From an uncultured Opitutia bacterium (GTDB taxonomy: Bacteria > Verrucomicrobiota > Verrucomicrobiia > Opitutales > UBA953): DNA of 64,000 bases. Shown here piece after piece: positions 1 through 9,243 of this stretch. The notes below the pieces were generated by a model. That model was not told where the DNA came from and ran no database searches. It was given only the letters and a program-made list of their open reading frames with translations. Location: the NCBI GenBank assembly GCA_903919185.1, contig CAIXHF010000087.1:18270-82269 (forward strand), written 5' to 3'. The stretch's first letter is position 1. The number at the start of each line of letters is the position of its first letter. The translations under genes and the position numbers were made by a program.

Positions 1-6
1 GACGCC

Positions 7-651
7 TCAGCGGTCAGCCAAAGTCAGAAAATTACGGTACAGTTGCAAGCCTTTGACCTGACTTTTCTCGGGGTGAAACTGGGTGGCCAACACCCGCCCC
101 CTGCGGACGCCGCTCACAAAGCGACCCGCGTAGTCCGTCTCGCACCAAACCAAAGCGGGATCGGTCTGGACGACCCGGTAGCTATGTACGAAATAAAAGG
201 GCTCCCCTTGGGCATTAAGGCCGGCCGTCAGGGGGCTCTCGGCCTTAAAAATGGCTTCATTCCAACCCATGTGCGGGATGCGCAGGCCCGGGGTGGAGGG
301 GAAACGGGTGACAACCCCAGGGAAGATGCCCAAACCGGGAACTGCGGCTTCTTCCGAGCGCTCAAAGAGGACTTGCAGGCCCATGCAGACACCCAGGAAG
401 GGTCGGTCTGCGGCAATCCACTCCTTGATGAAGACTTCGAAGTCATTGCGGCGGATACAGGCCATACAATCGGCCATGGCCCCCTGCCCTGGGAAAACTA
501 CGGCATCGGCGCCTTCGGCTGCTTGCGGGGTCGCGGCTAGGTAAGCATCCGCCCCAGCGGCCACCATGGCACGGCTGACGCTACGCAGGTTACCCATGCC
601 GTAATCAATCACGGCGACCCGCGGACGACGGCTAGTCCCAGCGGCTTCCAC
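7..651 (-). CDS. hisH: Imidazole glycerol phosphate synthase, glutamine amidotransferase subunit HisH
   Basis: 214-aa ORF. Class-I GATase motifs: IDYGMGNLRS, nucleophile Cys in LGVCMGLQ, FHPEKS. Adjacent to hisB and hisC on the same strand. Confidence 0.95.
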   Translation of the reverse strand: MEAAGTSRRPRVAVIDYGMGNLRSVSRAMVAAGADAYLAATPQAAEGADAVVFPGQGAMADCMACIRRNDFEVFIKEWIAADRPFLGVCMGLQVLFERSEEAAVPGLGIFPGVVTRFPSTPGLRIPHMGWNEAIFKAESPLTAGLNAQGEPFYFVHSYRVVQTDPALVWCETDYAGRFVSGVRRGRVLATQFHPEKSQVKGLQLYRNFLTLADR

Positions 652-653
652 GT

Positions 654-1277
654 TCAGGCAAGTGTACCCTTGGTGCTCGGAACCCGGCCACCCTGGCGCG
701 GATCGATTTCGACGGCCGCACGCATGGCGCGGGCAAAGACCTTGAACAAGGCCTCCGCGATGTGGTGCGGCTCTTCGCCATACTCGAGCTTCAGGTGCAG
801 GTTACAGGCCAACGCATTGGCTAGGCCTTGGAAGAACTCCCGCACGAGGGCGATGTTGAAATCCTTCACCATGTAATTGGAAATCTCTACTTGGTAGACG
901 AGCATCGCTCGATTGGAGAGGTCCAGGGCGCAACGCGCCAGGGTCTCATCCATCGGCAGAATGAAGAAGCCATAACGGCGGATACCCGCCTTGTCGCCCA
1001 AGGCCTCCTTAATGGCATTACCTAAGACAATACCCACATCCTCGACGGTGTGGTGGTAGTCGACCTCGGTATCGCCGTCGGCCTTGACCTTAAGGTCGAT
1101 TAGGGCGTGGCGGCTGAAGAGCGTCAGCATGTGATCGAAAAAAGCGATACCAGTCGAGATTTCGGAAACCCCCGTGCCATCAAGGTTGACGGAAAGGGTG
1201 ATCTTGGTCTCGGCCGTGTCGCGACGGATAGTGGCTTGGCGGGCGCCGGTGCTCATACCAGAAAAGTCCCTCCGCAC
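654..1277 (-). CDS. hisB: Imidazoleglycerol-phosphate dehydratase HisB
   Basis: 207-aa ORF with IGPD signatures ([41 protein letters not shown]). An alternative ATG at 1256 (MSTGARQ...) is equally plausible. Confidence 0.93.
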   Translation of the reverse strand: MRRDFSGMSTGARQATIRRDTAETKITLSVNLDGTGVSEISTGIAFFDHMLTLFSRHALIDLKVKADGDTEVDYHHTVEDVGIVLGNAIKEALGDKAGIRRYGFFILPMDETLARCALDLSNRAMLVYQVEISNYMVKDFNIALVREFFQGLANALACNLHLKLEYGEEPHHIAEALFKVFARAMRAAVEIDPRQGGRVPSTKGTLA

Positions 1278-1293
1278 TAGGGGAATGTCAACC

Positions 1294-2388
1294 TCACCCT
1301 TCGGACCAAGCCTGCGCCGCCGCGAGAAAAGCGTCCATTTCCGCAGCCGTCCCGACGGTGATACGCAGGGCCGACGCGGTCAAAGGATGGTTCGGAAAAC
1401 GGCGGACTAAGATTTTGCGTTCCCGGAAGAAGGCGTAGGCATGCTCACCCGTCGCCGGTGAAGCCGAACGCTGGGCCGAGGCCGGCGTGGCGAGGAGGAA
1501 ATTACCTGACGACGGCACGACCGTCCAACCGAGCGCCTCCAATCCACTGGTCAGCCGCACGCGCTCGGACCGGACCTTGCCGACGGTCTCACGCAACCAG
1601 CCAGTATCCGCTAAAGCCGCGGCCGCCGCGACCTGCGCCAAGCGGTCTAAGTTGTAGCTGTCGCGCACCCGATGCAGAATCGTCGCCAAGCCTGGCGGAC
1701 AGAGCGCATAGCCAGCGCGTAGCCCCGCTAACGCGTGGCCTTTCGAGAAGGTCCGCGTGACGACAACGTTCGCGTGCGTCTTCGGAAGTTCGGCACAATC
1801 GGCGTCCGCAAACGCGGCATAGGCTTCATCGACCACAAGTAAACCGGGAAATGCCCGCGCGAGTTCAGCGACTTTGACCGGCGCGAACGACACGCCCAAC
1901 GGAGCGTTAGGATTAGTGAGAAAGAAAATGGCGGCGCCACACTTGGCCACGGCCGCAACGTCGAAACTAAAGTCCGCATGGATGGGAACCTTCACCACGG
2001 CTGCCCCCTGGGCCGCAGCGAGCACCGGATACAACGAGTAGCTCGGATCCAGCATGCCAATCGGCCGACCGGGACCGGCATACGCGCGGATCAAAATGTT
2101 CAGTAAGTCATCCGACCCGTTGCCCGCCAAGATGTCGGTGGCGGGGAAGGCGTGTAGCTGGGCCGCAGCCTCGCGCAAGGGGGAAGCGTCAGGCGAAGGA
2201 TAAAGACGCAGTGCCGCCCCCTCCGCTGCCACCACCGCCCGAATGGCCGCCAAGGCCAGCGGGCTCGGCGGATAGGGATTCTCGTTGGTGTTGAGCTTAA
2301 CCCAGCCACTACCCTGAGGCTGCTCTCCCGGCGTATAGGCCGCCATGGCCGCGATATGCGGGTTCGGTTCAGGAAGCGCGGCGGACAT
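1294..2388 (-). CDS. hisC: Histidinol-phosphate aminotransferase HisC
   Basis: 364-aa ORF. Class-II aminotransferase with PLP-lysine motif [16 protein letters not shown]. Its ATG (2386-2388) shares one base with the ptsI stop codon (TAATG). Confidence 0.9.
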   Translation of the reverse strand: MSAALPEPNPHIAAMAAYTPGEQPQGSGWVKLNTNENPYPPSPLALAAIRAVVAAEGAALRLYPSPDASPLREAAAQLHAFPATDILAGNGSDDLLNILIRAYAGPGRPIGMLDPSYSLYPVLAAAQGAAVVKVPIHADFSFDVAAVAKCGAAIFFLTNPNAPLGVSFAPVKVAELARAFPGLLVVDEAYAAFADADCAELPKTHANVVVTRTFSKGHALAGLRAGYALCPPGLATILHRVRDSYNLDRLAQVAAAAALADTGWLRETVGKVRSERVRLTSGLEALGWTVVPSSGNFLLATPASAQRSASPATGEHAYAFFRERKILVRRFPNHPLTASALRITVGTAAEMDAFLAAAQAWSEG

Positions 2389-4136
2389 TAGCGGAGCTTA
2401 AGTTTCGTCGCAGAATAGTCGGCCAGTAAGGCCTTGATGGCCGTGCACTCGGACAACGTCAAGGCGCGTTGGGCCAACTGCGTCAACTCGTTCTTGGTCG
2501 AATGGCGGAGCACAAAACGCACCTCGGGGATTGCGGGTGGCGCCATGCTCAGCTCATGCGCACCGAGGCCGATTAACAAAGGCGCCCAGACGGGGTCACC
2601 TGCCAACTCCCCGCAGACCGCAGCCGCGACGCCGTGCTGGCGAGCCGCCTTGAAGATTCGCTCCAGCGTCCGCACGACGGCGGGATGAGCCGGCTCATAA
2701 AGTGCGGAGATGCGCGGGTTACCACGGTCGACGGCCAAAAGATACTGGACGAGGTCGTTGGTGCCCACACTGAAGAAATCGACTTCGCGCGCAAGGTCCT
2801 CCGCCACCGCAGCGACCGAGGGAATCTCAATCATAGCGCCCAGACGGATACGCTCCTGGGGCACAATACCTTCGGCGGCTAACTCAGCAGCGACCGACCC
2901 AAGCACCTCCTTCGCGCGACGGAATTCTTCAATCCCGGAAATCATCGGGAACATCACCGCCACGGGACCCAACGCGGCGGCACGCAGGATTGCGCGGAGC
3001 TGCGGACGGAAGACATCGGGGCGATCTAAGCACAGCCGAATCGCGCGATAACCCATGAAGGGGTTGGCTTCATCGTTGAGGTCGCCCAAGCGCTTATCGC
3101 CCCCTAAGTCGAGGGTACGGAAGGTGACCAACCGGCCCCTAGCCTCCCGGACAACCTCCGCGTATTCCGCATATTGCTCGGCTTCCGTCGGCCAGGCATC
3201 TAAGCGCAAGTAAAGGTTCTCGGTGCGATACAGGCCCACGCTTTGCGCACAGTAAAGACGGGCGTCTTCGAGGTCCTCGGGGCCACCGATGTTAGCCTGT
3301 AAGGCGAAGCCTTCGCCGTCACTGGTGACGTCAGGCAAGGCAATCTCGAGCATGACACGGTCGCGGCGGCGGCGGATGGCGAGCTCATGATCGCGATAGC
3401 CCTCTAACGTCGCGGCGGTGGGGTTGATGACCACCGCCCCCGTCTCGCCATCGACCAGGATGATGTCGCCTTCCTGAACGGCGTCCATCAAGCCCTTAAC
3501 GCCGACGACGGCCGGAATCTCCAGCGAGCGAGCCATAATCGCCGAGTGTCCAGTGCGGCCGCCTTCTTCCGTCACGAACGCCAATACACCGTCCTCCGGC
3601 AAACCCGCGGTCTCCGAAGGTGTTAGGTCACGGGCGACGACAACCTGTTGACGGGCAGCCATCGCCGCATGGGCTGGCCGCGTCCCCAACAGATGGTGCA
3701 TCACGCGGCTGGTGACATCGCGGATGTCGGAGGCACGCTCCCGGAGAAAGTCATCCTCCATGCGCTCAAAGATGTCGATGTAGCGCTGGACGACTTCCTG
3801 AAAGCAGAACTCAATGTTGAAGCCGCTGGAACGGACTTCCTTGCTGACGTCGTCGATGAGCGCGACGTCGTCGAGAACCAGGAGGTGCGCGTCGAAGATA
3901 GCGGCCTCCGATTCACCCAAACTCTGGGCGACTTCCTGCCGGAGCTTGGCGATTGCCTGGCGCGTAGACTCTAGGGCCAACTCGAAGCGGCGCAGTTCGG
4001 CCTCAACGTCTGGCACCTTCTGGCAGGAGACGATAGCCATCCCCTGCAACAGCAGGTAGACTGGACCACGGCCGACGCCGGGGGCGGCGGCGGTGCCTTG
4101 GAGTCTAATCTCCGGCCTGGAGGATTCGGCCTGCAT
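2388..4136 (-). CDS. ptsI: Phosphoenolpyruvate-protein phosphotransferase (PTS Enzyme I)
   Basis: 582-aa ORF. Phospho-His motif GGRTGHSAIMARSLEIPAVVG. PEP-utilising C-terminal motifs FFSVGTNDLVQY and AAVCGELAGD. Confidence 0.9.
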   Translation of the reverse strand: MQAESSRPEIRLQGTAAAPGVGRGPVYLLLQGMAIVSCQKVPDVEAELRRFELALESTRQAIAKLRQEVAQSLGESEAAIFDAHLLVLDDVALIDDVSKEVRSSGFNIEFCFQEVVQRYIDIFERMEDDFLRERASDIRDVTSRVMHHLLGTRPAHAAMAARQQVVVARDLTPSETAGLPEDGVLAFVTEEGGRTGHSAIMARSLEIPAVVGVKGLMDAVQEGDIILVDGETGAVVINPTAATLEGYRDHELAIRRRRDRVMLEIALPDVTSDGEGFALQANIGGPEDLEDARLYCAQSVGLYRTENLYLRLDAWPTEAEQYAEYAEVVREARGRLVTFRTLDLGGDKRLGDLNDEANPFMGYRAIRLCLDRPDVFRPQLRAILRAAALGPVAVMFPMISGIEEFRRAKEVLGSVAAELAAEGIVPQERIRLGAMIEIPSVAAVAEDLAREVDFFSVGTNDLVQYLLAVDRGNPRISALYEPAHPAVVRTLERIFKAARQHGVAAAVCGELAGDPVWAPLLIGLGAHELSMAPPAIPEVRFVLRHSTKNELTQLAQRALTLSECTAIKALLADYSATKLKLR

Positions 4137-4186
4137 CTGCAGAACAGAAGATTGGCCTAAGGCAGAGAAGCAAGGCGGATAACCGC

Positions 4187-4690
4187 TTAAGCCTCGTTCG
4201 AGCCCGGATCTTCCATGGGCTTGAACATATCGGGGATCGTCAAAGTAGGCAGGGCCATCTCGGGCATCTCATCTGGCATCACTTCCGCGACCACGGCGAG
4301 TGGCATGGAGCCGGCAGACGGGACGATCATACCCTCAGCCGAGGCTTCTTCCGCCAAGGCGTCCTCAACATAGAGCATCAGGCCACTGTATTCGGCCGGC
4401 AAGGTCACCCGCAACTGGACGAACACGAGGGCAAGGACGCAGGCATGGGCAAAGATTCGGCCCGCGCGCTGAGCGAAACGGGCGAGGCCCGCGACCGCCT
4501 GCGTCGCGTCTAAATCGGCCCGACCACGGAGGAAAGCCATCTGGGCCTTATGCAAACGAACACGGGCGTGAAAGCGCTGGCGGATTTCGGTGGAAGCCTG
4601 CAGGGCATTCCGCAGACGCAACACCTGCTCACGGGAGGCGGTACCGTCGAGGTAGCAAATAATCAGCGACTCCAGTTCGGCGTTACTCAT
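4187..4690 (-). CDS. Putative anti-sigma factor (single-pass membrane protein)
   Basis: 167-aa ORF. Its start overlaps the sigma gene stop by 4 nt. It has an N-terminal helical segment (LIICYLDGTASREQ), one hydrophobic helix (IFAHACVLALVFVQL) and an acidic/Met-rich tail. The call rests on position only; no family was recognised. Confidence 0.5.
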   Translation of the reverse strand: MSNAELESLIICYLDGTASREQVLRLRNALQASTEIRQRFHARVRLHKAQMAFLRGRADLDATQAVAGLARFAQRAGRIFAHACVLALVFVQLRVTLPAEYSGLMLYVEDALAEEASAEGMIVPSAGSMPLAVVAEVMPDEMPEMALPTLTIPDMFKPMEDPGSNEA

Positions 4691-5277
4691 TCGCGGAATT
4701 CATCCCCCATGAGTTGACGTAAGGCTTCGCGGGCACGGTTGATGCGGCTTTTCACGGTGCCAATTGAGAGGCCAAGCTCTTCGGCAATTTCCTCGTACGA
4801 CTGGTTGCGGATGTTGCGCATCGTTAGAATACGAGCGTGTTCTGGCTTCAATTGTTCCATGCACTCGGCCACTTTTGTAACGAATTCGTTATGCTCGGCT
4901 TCGTGGCCAGGGCCCTGGGAACCGTCCGAGAGGATGTCGTGCAGGGTGGCACCGGGATCCTCCCCGAGGTCCGCATCGAGGGACATGGACTGGTCACGCT
5001 TCCGCCGACGCCAGTACCAGTACCGATTACGAGCCAGATTCGTGCCAATTTGGTGAATCCAAGTTGAAAAAGTGGCCGTCCCGCGGAAGGAAGCGAGGAC
5101 CCGGTGGGCGCGAATAAAGGTGTCCTGCGTAATCTCCTCGGCATCCTGCCTATTACGAAGCAACGAGAAGACCTTGGCAAAGATTCGCCCCTGGTACCGA
5201 AGGACCAACTCGTTGTACGCCCCGAGGTCGCCATTGCGGGCGCGCTCAAGGGCGGACTGGTCGGCTTCAGTTTCCAT
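4687..5277 (-). CDS. ECF-type RNA polymerase sigma-70 factor
   Basis: 196-aa ORF. Region 2 reads EEITQDTFIRAHRVLASFRG...FSTWIHQIGTNLARN. The region 4 HTH reads QSYEEIAEELGLSIGTVKSRINRAREAL. Confidence 0.88.
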   Translation of the reverse strand: METEADQSALERARNGDLGAYNELVLRYQGRIFAKVFSLLRNRQDAEEITQDTFIRAHRVLASFRGTATFSTWIHQIGTNLARNRYWYWRRRKRDQSMSLDADLGEDPGATLHDILSDGSQGPGHEAEHNEFVTKVAECMEQLKPEHARILTMRNIRNQSYEEIAEELGLSIGTVKSRINRAREALRQLMGDEFRE

Positions 5278-5377
5278 CGTTTAGGGGTGGCTTTAGGGCG
5301 GGTATTTCCTGACTATGGTGCTGACATTAGGGGAGATATCAACTGCTGTCTTCAATCCCCAACCTCCTTTAGGAACC

Positions 5378-7096
5378 ATGTTCACCTCCAGCAAAAAAAA
5401 GACCCCGTTTCGATGGGTCAACTGCCTGAACGGCCAAAAGGGTTCGGCCGACAGCCTCCCGGCACGTTTCCCCCTCCCTTCCGCCAACCCCGCCCTAGGT
5501 ATTTCGGCGTCCGCAGCCGGGCTCTTACTGGAAGCCACCTCGGCGGCACCCGTCTTGGTGAATGGAGCCCTTCTGCGCCCCAAGACGACCATCACCGAAA
5601 CGTCGACGATCCAACTCGAGGACGGGCTTTTCGTGGTTTCGGGGAACGAAGATGACCCCTTCAACTCCGTCCAAACGAATTCGTGGGTCCTGTTCGATGC
5701 AACCACCGGCGACCTGCTGGGCGAGCTACCACCCCAAAAACTACTGGAGTATGCCGCTAACCTCGGCCGGGCGACCGATACACTGGCGTGCACACCCGCC
5801 GGCCTCGAAGTCGGCTTTAAACTTTCGCAGATCGCGGCGCTGCTCACCGTACGCGAAGAAACCGAAGCCAAACCGGCGGCACCGTCCGCCCTCACGGCGG
5901 AACAAAACAAAGGCGCCCATCTTTGCCCTGTTTGCTGGACGCGCTTCGACGCCGGTGATGCCTTGAGCGTCGCTATCCACGAAGACCTCCGCGGCGACCC
6001 CATCCTGGGGGCCGACGCACGCCTACGTTTCCAACCCACGCGTTTCAACGACCAGGGCCTCGCCCTTGACCCGATGGGCTTAGCCTGCACCGACCTTGCC
6101 TGCCCCCACTGCCGACGCCAACTGCCGCCCGGCTACTTGGACATGCCCCACCGCATCCTCTCGGTAATCGGCGCGCCTAGCGCCGGCAAGTCCTACTACC
6201 TCGCGGTCCTGACGCACGTCCTCCAAGACCGGCTGCCCGGGGATTTCGGCCTAGCCTTCAAGGACGGCGACCCGAGCGGCAACATGCTGCTCAATCAAAT
6301 GCGTAATACCCTCTTCTCGGCCGCCACGCCCGAAGACGCCCTACTCGGTAAGACCGCACTGGAAGGCGCGACTTACGAAAAGCTGCCTCGCCTCGGGCGC
6401 ATGGTCTCCCTGCCCCGCCCATTCATCTATTCACTAGCCCGGCCCTCGGCGAGTCGCGACGAGACGTCGATTGTGCTCTACGATAACGCGGGGGAACACT
6501 TCGAACCCGGCATCGACATCCACGACTCGCCGGGCGCGATGCACGTCGCCAACTCCGCTGGCCTGCTCTTTCTCTTCGACCCGACGGCCAACGCTCGCTT
6601 TAAGGCTAAGTTAATCGGCGTAGATGACCCACAGTTAGCGATCAAAGGCCGCATCGACCAACAGGATAGCATTCTGTCCGAGATGGAGACCCGTATTAAG
6701 CGCGTTCTCGGACTCGCCCCTAGCCAACGCATCGCCACGCCACTGGCCTTCGTGGTCGGTAAATGCGATACTTGGCAATTCCTCCTGTCCTCCCCGCTCG
6801 AGCCTGTAGTGAGCGCCGGCAAACTCAACCCCGAGGCCGTGCGCCGAAACTCCGACCGCGTCCGCACCGTCCTCGTCAGCCTTTGCCCTGGTCTCGTGGC
6901 GACGGCCGAAACGCTCGCCAGTGAAATCTGCTACTTTGCGGTCACTTCCTTCGGCCACCAGCCAACGGTTCTCGCCACTGGCCCGAATAAAGGCCGCATC
7001 GCCCCCGACCCCCAGCGCCTCGCGCCCGCCCACGTCGAAGAGCCCGTCTACTGGCTCCTCCATCGCTCGTCCCCTGAACTGCTCCCCAGCCGCTAA
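5378..7096 (+). CDS. Zn-ribbon-containing Ras-like (TRAFAC) GTPase, uncharacterised family (operon gene 1)
   Basis: ORF 5315..7096. I prefer the ATG at 5378, which leaves about 100 nt of divergent promoter space; 5315 is the alternative. CxxC pairs lie at 5924-5935 (CPVC) and 6101-6112 (CPHC). G1/Walker A is GAPSAGKS at 6170-6193. G3 is DNAGE at 6482 (compare Ras DTAGQE). G4-like is VVGKCD at 6758 (compare Ras VGNKCD). The N-terminal approx 180 aa are possibly FHA-like (VLVNGALLRPKTTITETSTIQLEDGLFVV). Confidence 0.7.
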   Translation: MFTSSKKKTPFRWVNCLNGQKGSADSLPARFPLPSANPALGISASAAGLLLEATSAAPVLVNGALLRPKTTITETSTIQLEDGLFVVSGNEDDPFNSVQTNSWVLFDATTGDLLGELPPQKLLEYAANLGRATDTLACTPAGLEVGFKLSQIAALLTVREETEAKPAAPSALTAEQNKGAHLCPVCWTRFDAGDALSVAIHEDLRGDPILGADARLRFQPTRFNDQGLALDPMGLACTDLACPHCRRQLPPGYLDMPHRILSVIGAPSAGKSYYLAVLTHVLQDRLPGDFGLAFKDGDPSGNMLLNQMRNTLFSAATPEDALLGKTALEGATYEKLPRLGRMVSLPRPFIYSLARPSASRDETSIVLYDNAGEHFEPGIDIHDSPGAMHVANSAGLLFLFDPTANARFKAKLIGVDDPQLAIKGRIDQQDSILSEMETRIKRVLGLAPSQRIATPLAFVVGKCDTWQFLLSSPLEPVVSAGKLNPEAVRRNSDRVRTVLVSLCPGLVATAETLASEICYFAVTSFGHQPTVLATGPNKGRIAPDPQRLAPAHVEEPVYWLLHRSSPELLPSR

Positions 7097-7104
7097 CGTT
7101 TTCC

Positions 7105-9237
7105 ATGCCCCTGCAACTGATCTTCACCTCCGCCCCCCGCGGACTTGTCGCCGGACGTTCCGGCTTCTGCACCGTCGCTCGGCATGCCTCGCTTTCGGAA
7201 CGACTCACGCAGCAACTCGAAGCACTGGGCACACCGCACGACGCCGCCGAGGGGGCGACCTTCACCTTCCGTCGGCTCGAAGCTGGCAGCCAAACTTGGT
7301 ATGTGCTATCGCGTTTCGTCGCCCGCGGGCTTGACTATTCGCAACGCGATAATCGCCTCGCGCACCACGTGGTATTCACCGCCGAGGAAGCCGCTGTCCT
7401 CCCGCCGCCCGCGGCACTCGCCCTCCGCTGGAATGACTGGAAAGATACTTGGACCGAAGAGCCGACCTGGCTTCCGGAAGATGCCCGGCCGCTCCCACTC
7501 GCCTCACATCCCGTACTCACGCCGGCCGCTGGCTGGCGTGAATTCGCCGGCACCGGCGCTAAGGCTGCATGGCTGGTCAACGCCACCGGCGCCGCTTCGG
7601 TGTCGTTGCTAAACCCGCCGAACTCCGCGCAACTACTCCGCTTACTCGCGGAATCCTCCGCCTTGCTCGGCCGCGCCGCTTGGTCCGCCACCTTCACCAC
7701 TAACGCCGCCAAGACCGGCGCCGATGGCTTCGATTGGGCCGTGGGTTTCGCCTCGGGACGTCCCACCATCGACCTCGCCCAAGCCGCGCAGCTCACCGCG
7801 CCCACGGGTGAACTAGCCCGCATCGCCGCTACCGGCGCAGGTGCGACCGCCCCCGCTTCCGCTGGCCCAACGGCTTCCGCGCCGCGCCGAACCAACTCTG
7901 CCAGCGCCCCCGCCACCGCCTCCAACACCGTCACGATTGCAGTCGTTAGCCTCCTCGTGCTCGTCGCCGCCGGCCTCGCCATTGCTTACTTCAGTAAACC
8001 CGAAAAGAAGGTCGTCGAGACCACTAAGCCTACCCCACCGCCCATTGACTCGACCGCGGCCGATGAACTCCTCAAGGCCAACCGCGCAATCAGCGATGTC
8101 GATAGTTTCATGGCCCGCAATGACTTTGTCGCCGCCGGCAAACTGTGGCTCGAGAGCTGCAAACTTTCGCCGACCTTTGCCGCCCGCTACCGCGACCAAT
8201 ACTTGCCGCGCCTGAAGTCGAAGTTCGCAGAGACGACCGCGGCCAGCCTGCTGGGCCGACTCGAAAGCCCGACCGCGACCGCCAACCGTAAAGGCATGCT
8301 GGAAATCGCCGAAGACGCGGCCGAAGCGCTCCGCCTTGGGACCGCCCTCGAAGTCACGAAAGGTGCCGCCTGGGAAGAACTCACGCGCATCCAAGCCCGG
8401 GCCCAGATGGTCGGCGCCTTGGACGTCCGACCCGTCATCCTAACCCAAGGCGAATGGCTAACGGCCGACCTCGGACCTAACTCGCCTTCGACCGCCGAAT
8501 TCAAACTCAACATGGCCTCCGCGGAAAAAATCGGTCGATTCATCGACACCACCGGCGCCAACAAAAACACGGTAGTCAGCGCCCGTATTCGCCTGCTACC
8601 GCTAGACTCCTTCCATGCCCGCGAAGAGAAGACTAAATACCAGTCCGCGGAAATCCGGACGGGCAGCCAAGCCAATTGGATCGAAGCCACAAGCAAATCC
8701 GGTCGCCAACCCATCGTGATCGGCGTGGGCTCCCGCCTGAACACGGTGACACTGAACTTCGCCGACAACTCGGCCGCGCAGCTCCGGGACACTAACCAGT
8801 TAATCGAAATCGAATTGCCCGATGGGTCACACCAGACCATCGCGCTCATCGCCAACGTCAAAGCCCTCCGCCCACTCAATCTGGGCCTCGCCGCCCTGAG
8901 GTCGGACGTCGACACCGGCGTGGTCCATGCAGCGGCCTGGGCTGAACCGATTTTGAATTCATTCATCGCCTCCACTGGCTCACTCGGACTCTACCCCGCT
9001 GGTCATGAGTTCCCTGATCGCGACCTCGCCTCAATCCGCGCTACCAAGTCCCTGCTCGATACCGATCTCGTCCGCCTCGAGCGGAAGTCCGGCCCTGGTG
9101 CTCCCTCCTACGATGAAGTCAAAGCCCGCCGCAGCGCTTTCACGGCACAAGATTTCGTCAAAGCCGGCGCCCCTTGGAGCCTCCGAACGGTTTCACCTCG
9201 CGGTGAAGAGGGCCTCCTGCTCGTCGAATTCCGCTAA
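7105..9237 (+). CDS. Large single-pass membrane protein with N-terminal GTPase-associated-protein-like domain (operon gene 2)
   Basis: 710-aa ORF starting 8 nt after gene 1. The N-terminus reads MPLQLIFTSAPRGLVAGRSGFCTVA...GLDYSQRDNRLAHHVVF. An Ala/Pro/Ser-rich linker follows, then one TM helix (VTIAVVSLLVLVAAGLAIAYF, about 7927-7992) and an approx 410-aa helical plus beta-rich C-terminal domain. Confidence 0.7.
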   Translation: MPLQLIFTSAPRGLVAGRSGFCTVARHASLSERLTQQLEALGTPHDAAEGATFTFRRLEAGSQTWYVLSRFVARGLDYSQRDNRLAHHVVFTAEEAAVLPPPAALALRWNDWKDTWTEEPTWLPEDARPLPLASHPVLTPAAGWREFAGTGAKAAWLVNATGAASVSLLNPPNSAQLLRLLAESSALLGRAAWSATFTTNAAKTGADGFDWAVGFASGRPTIDLAQAAQLTAPTGELARIAATGAGATAPASAGPTASAPRRTNSASAPATASNTVTIAVVSLLVLVAAGLAIAYFSKPEKKVVETTKPTPPPIDSTAADELLKANRAISDVDSFMARNDFVAAGKLWLESCKLSPTFAARYRDQYLPRLKSKFAETTAASLLGRLESPTATANRKGMLEIAEDAAEALRLGTALEVTKGAAWEELTRIQARAQMVGALDVRPVILTQGEWLTADLGPNSPSTAEFKLNMASAEKIGRFIDTTGANKNTVVSARIRLLPLDSFHAREEKTKYQSAEIRTGSQANWIEATSKSGRQPIVIGVGSRLNTVTLNFADNSAAQLRDTNQLIEIELPDGSHQTIALIANVKALRPLNLGLAALRSDVDTGVVHAAAWAEPILNSFIASTGSLGLYPAGHEFPDRDLASIRATKSLLDTDLVRLERKSGPGAPSYDEVKARRSAFTAQDFVKAGAPWSLRTVSPRGEEGLLLVEFR

Positions 9238-9243
9238 GCCCGC

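Noticed and set aside
5278-5377. ECF-type promoter (GGAAC-N16-CGT-like) in the divergent sigma/GTPase spacer
   Set aside because: The only GGAAC (5372-5376) sits directly before the ATG at 5378. I found no properly spaced -35/-10 pair on either strand, so no promoter is claimed.
5293-6090. 265-aa minus-strand ORF and 183-aa plus-strand ORF (5104..5655) overlapping the sigma/GTPase junction
   Set aside because: Their composition is Arg/Ser/Pro-rich and shadow-like. They overlap the motif-bearing sigma and GTPase frames.
7335-8975. Minus-strand ORFs 7335..7982 and 8187..8975 inside operon gene 2
   Set aside because: They are Ala/Ser/Arg-rich antisense shadows. The plus-strand frame is continuous for 710 aa with a coherent domain/TM architecture and tight coupling to its neighbours.
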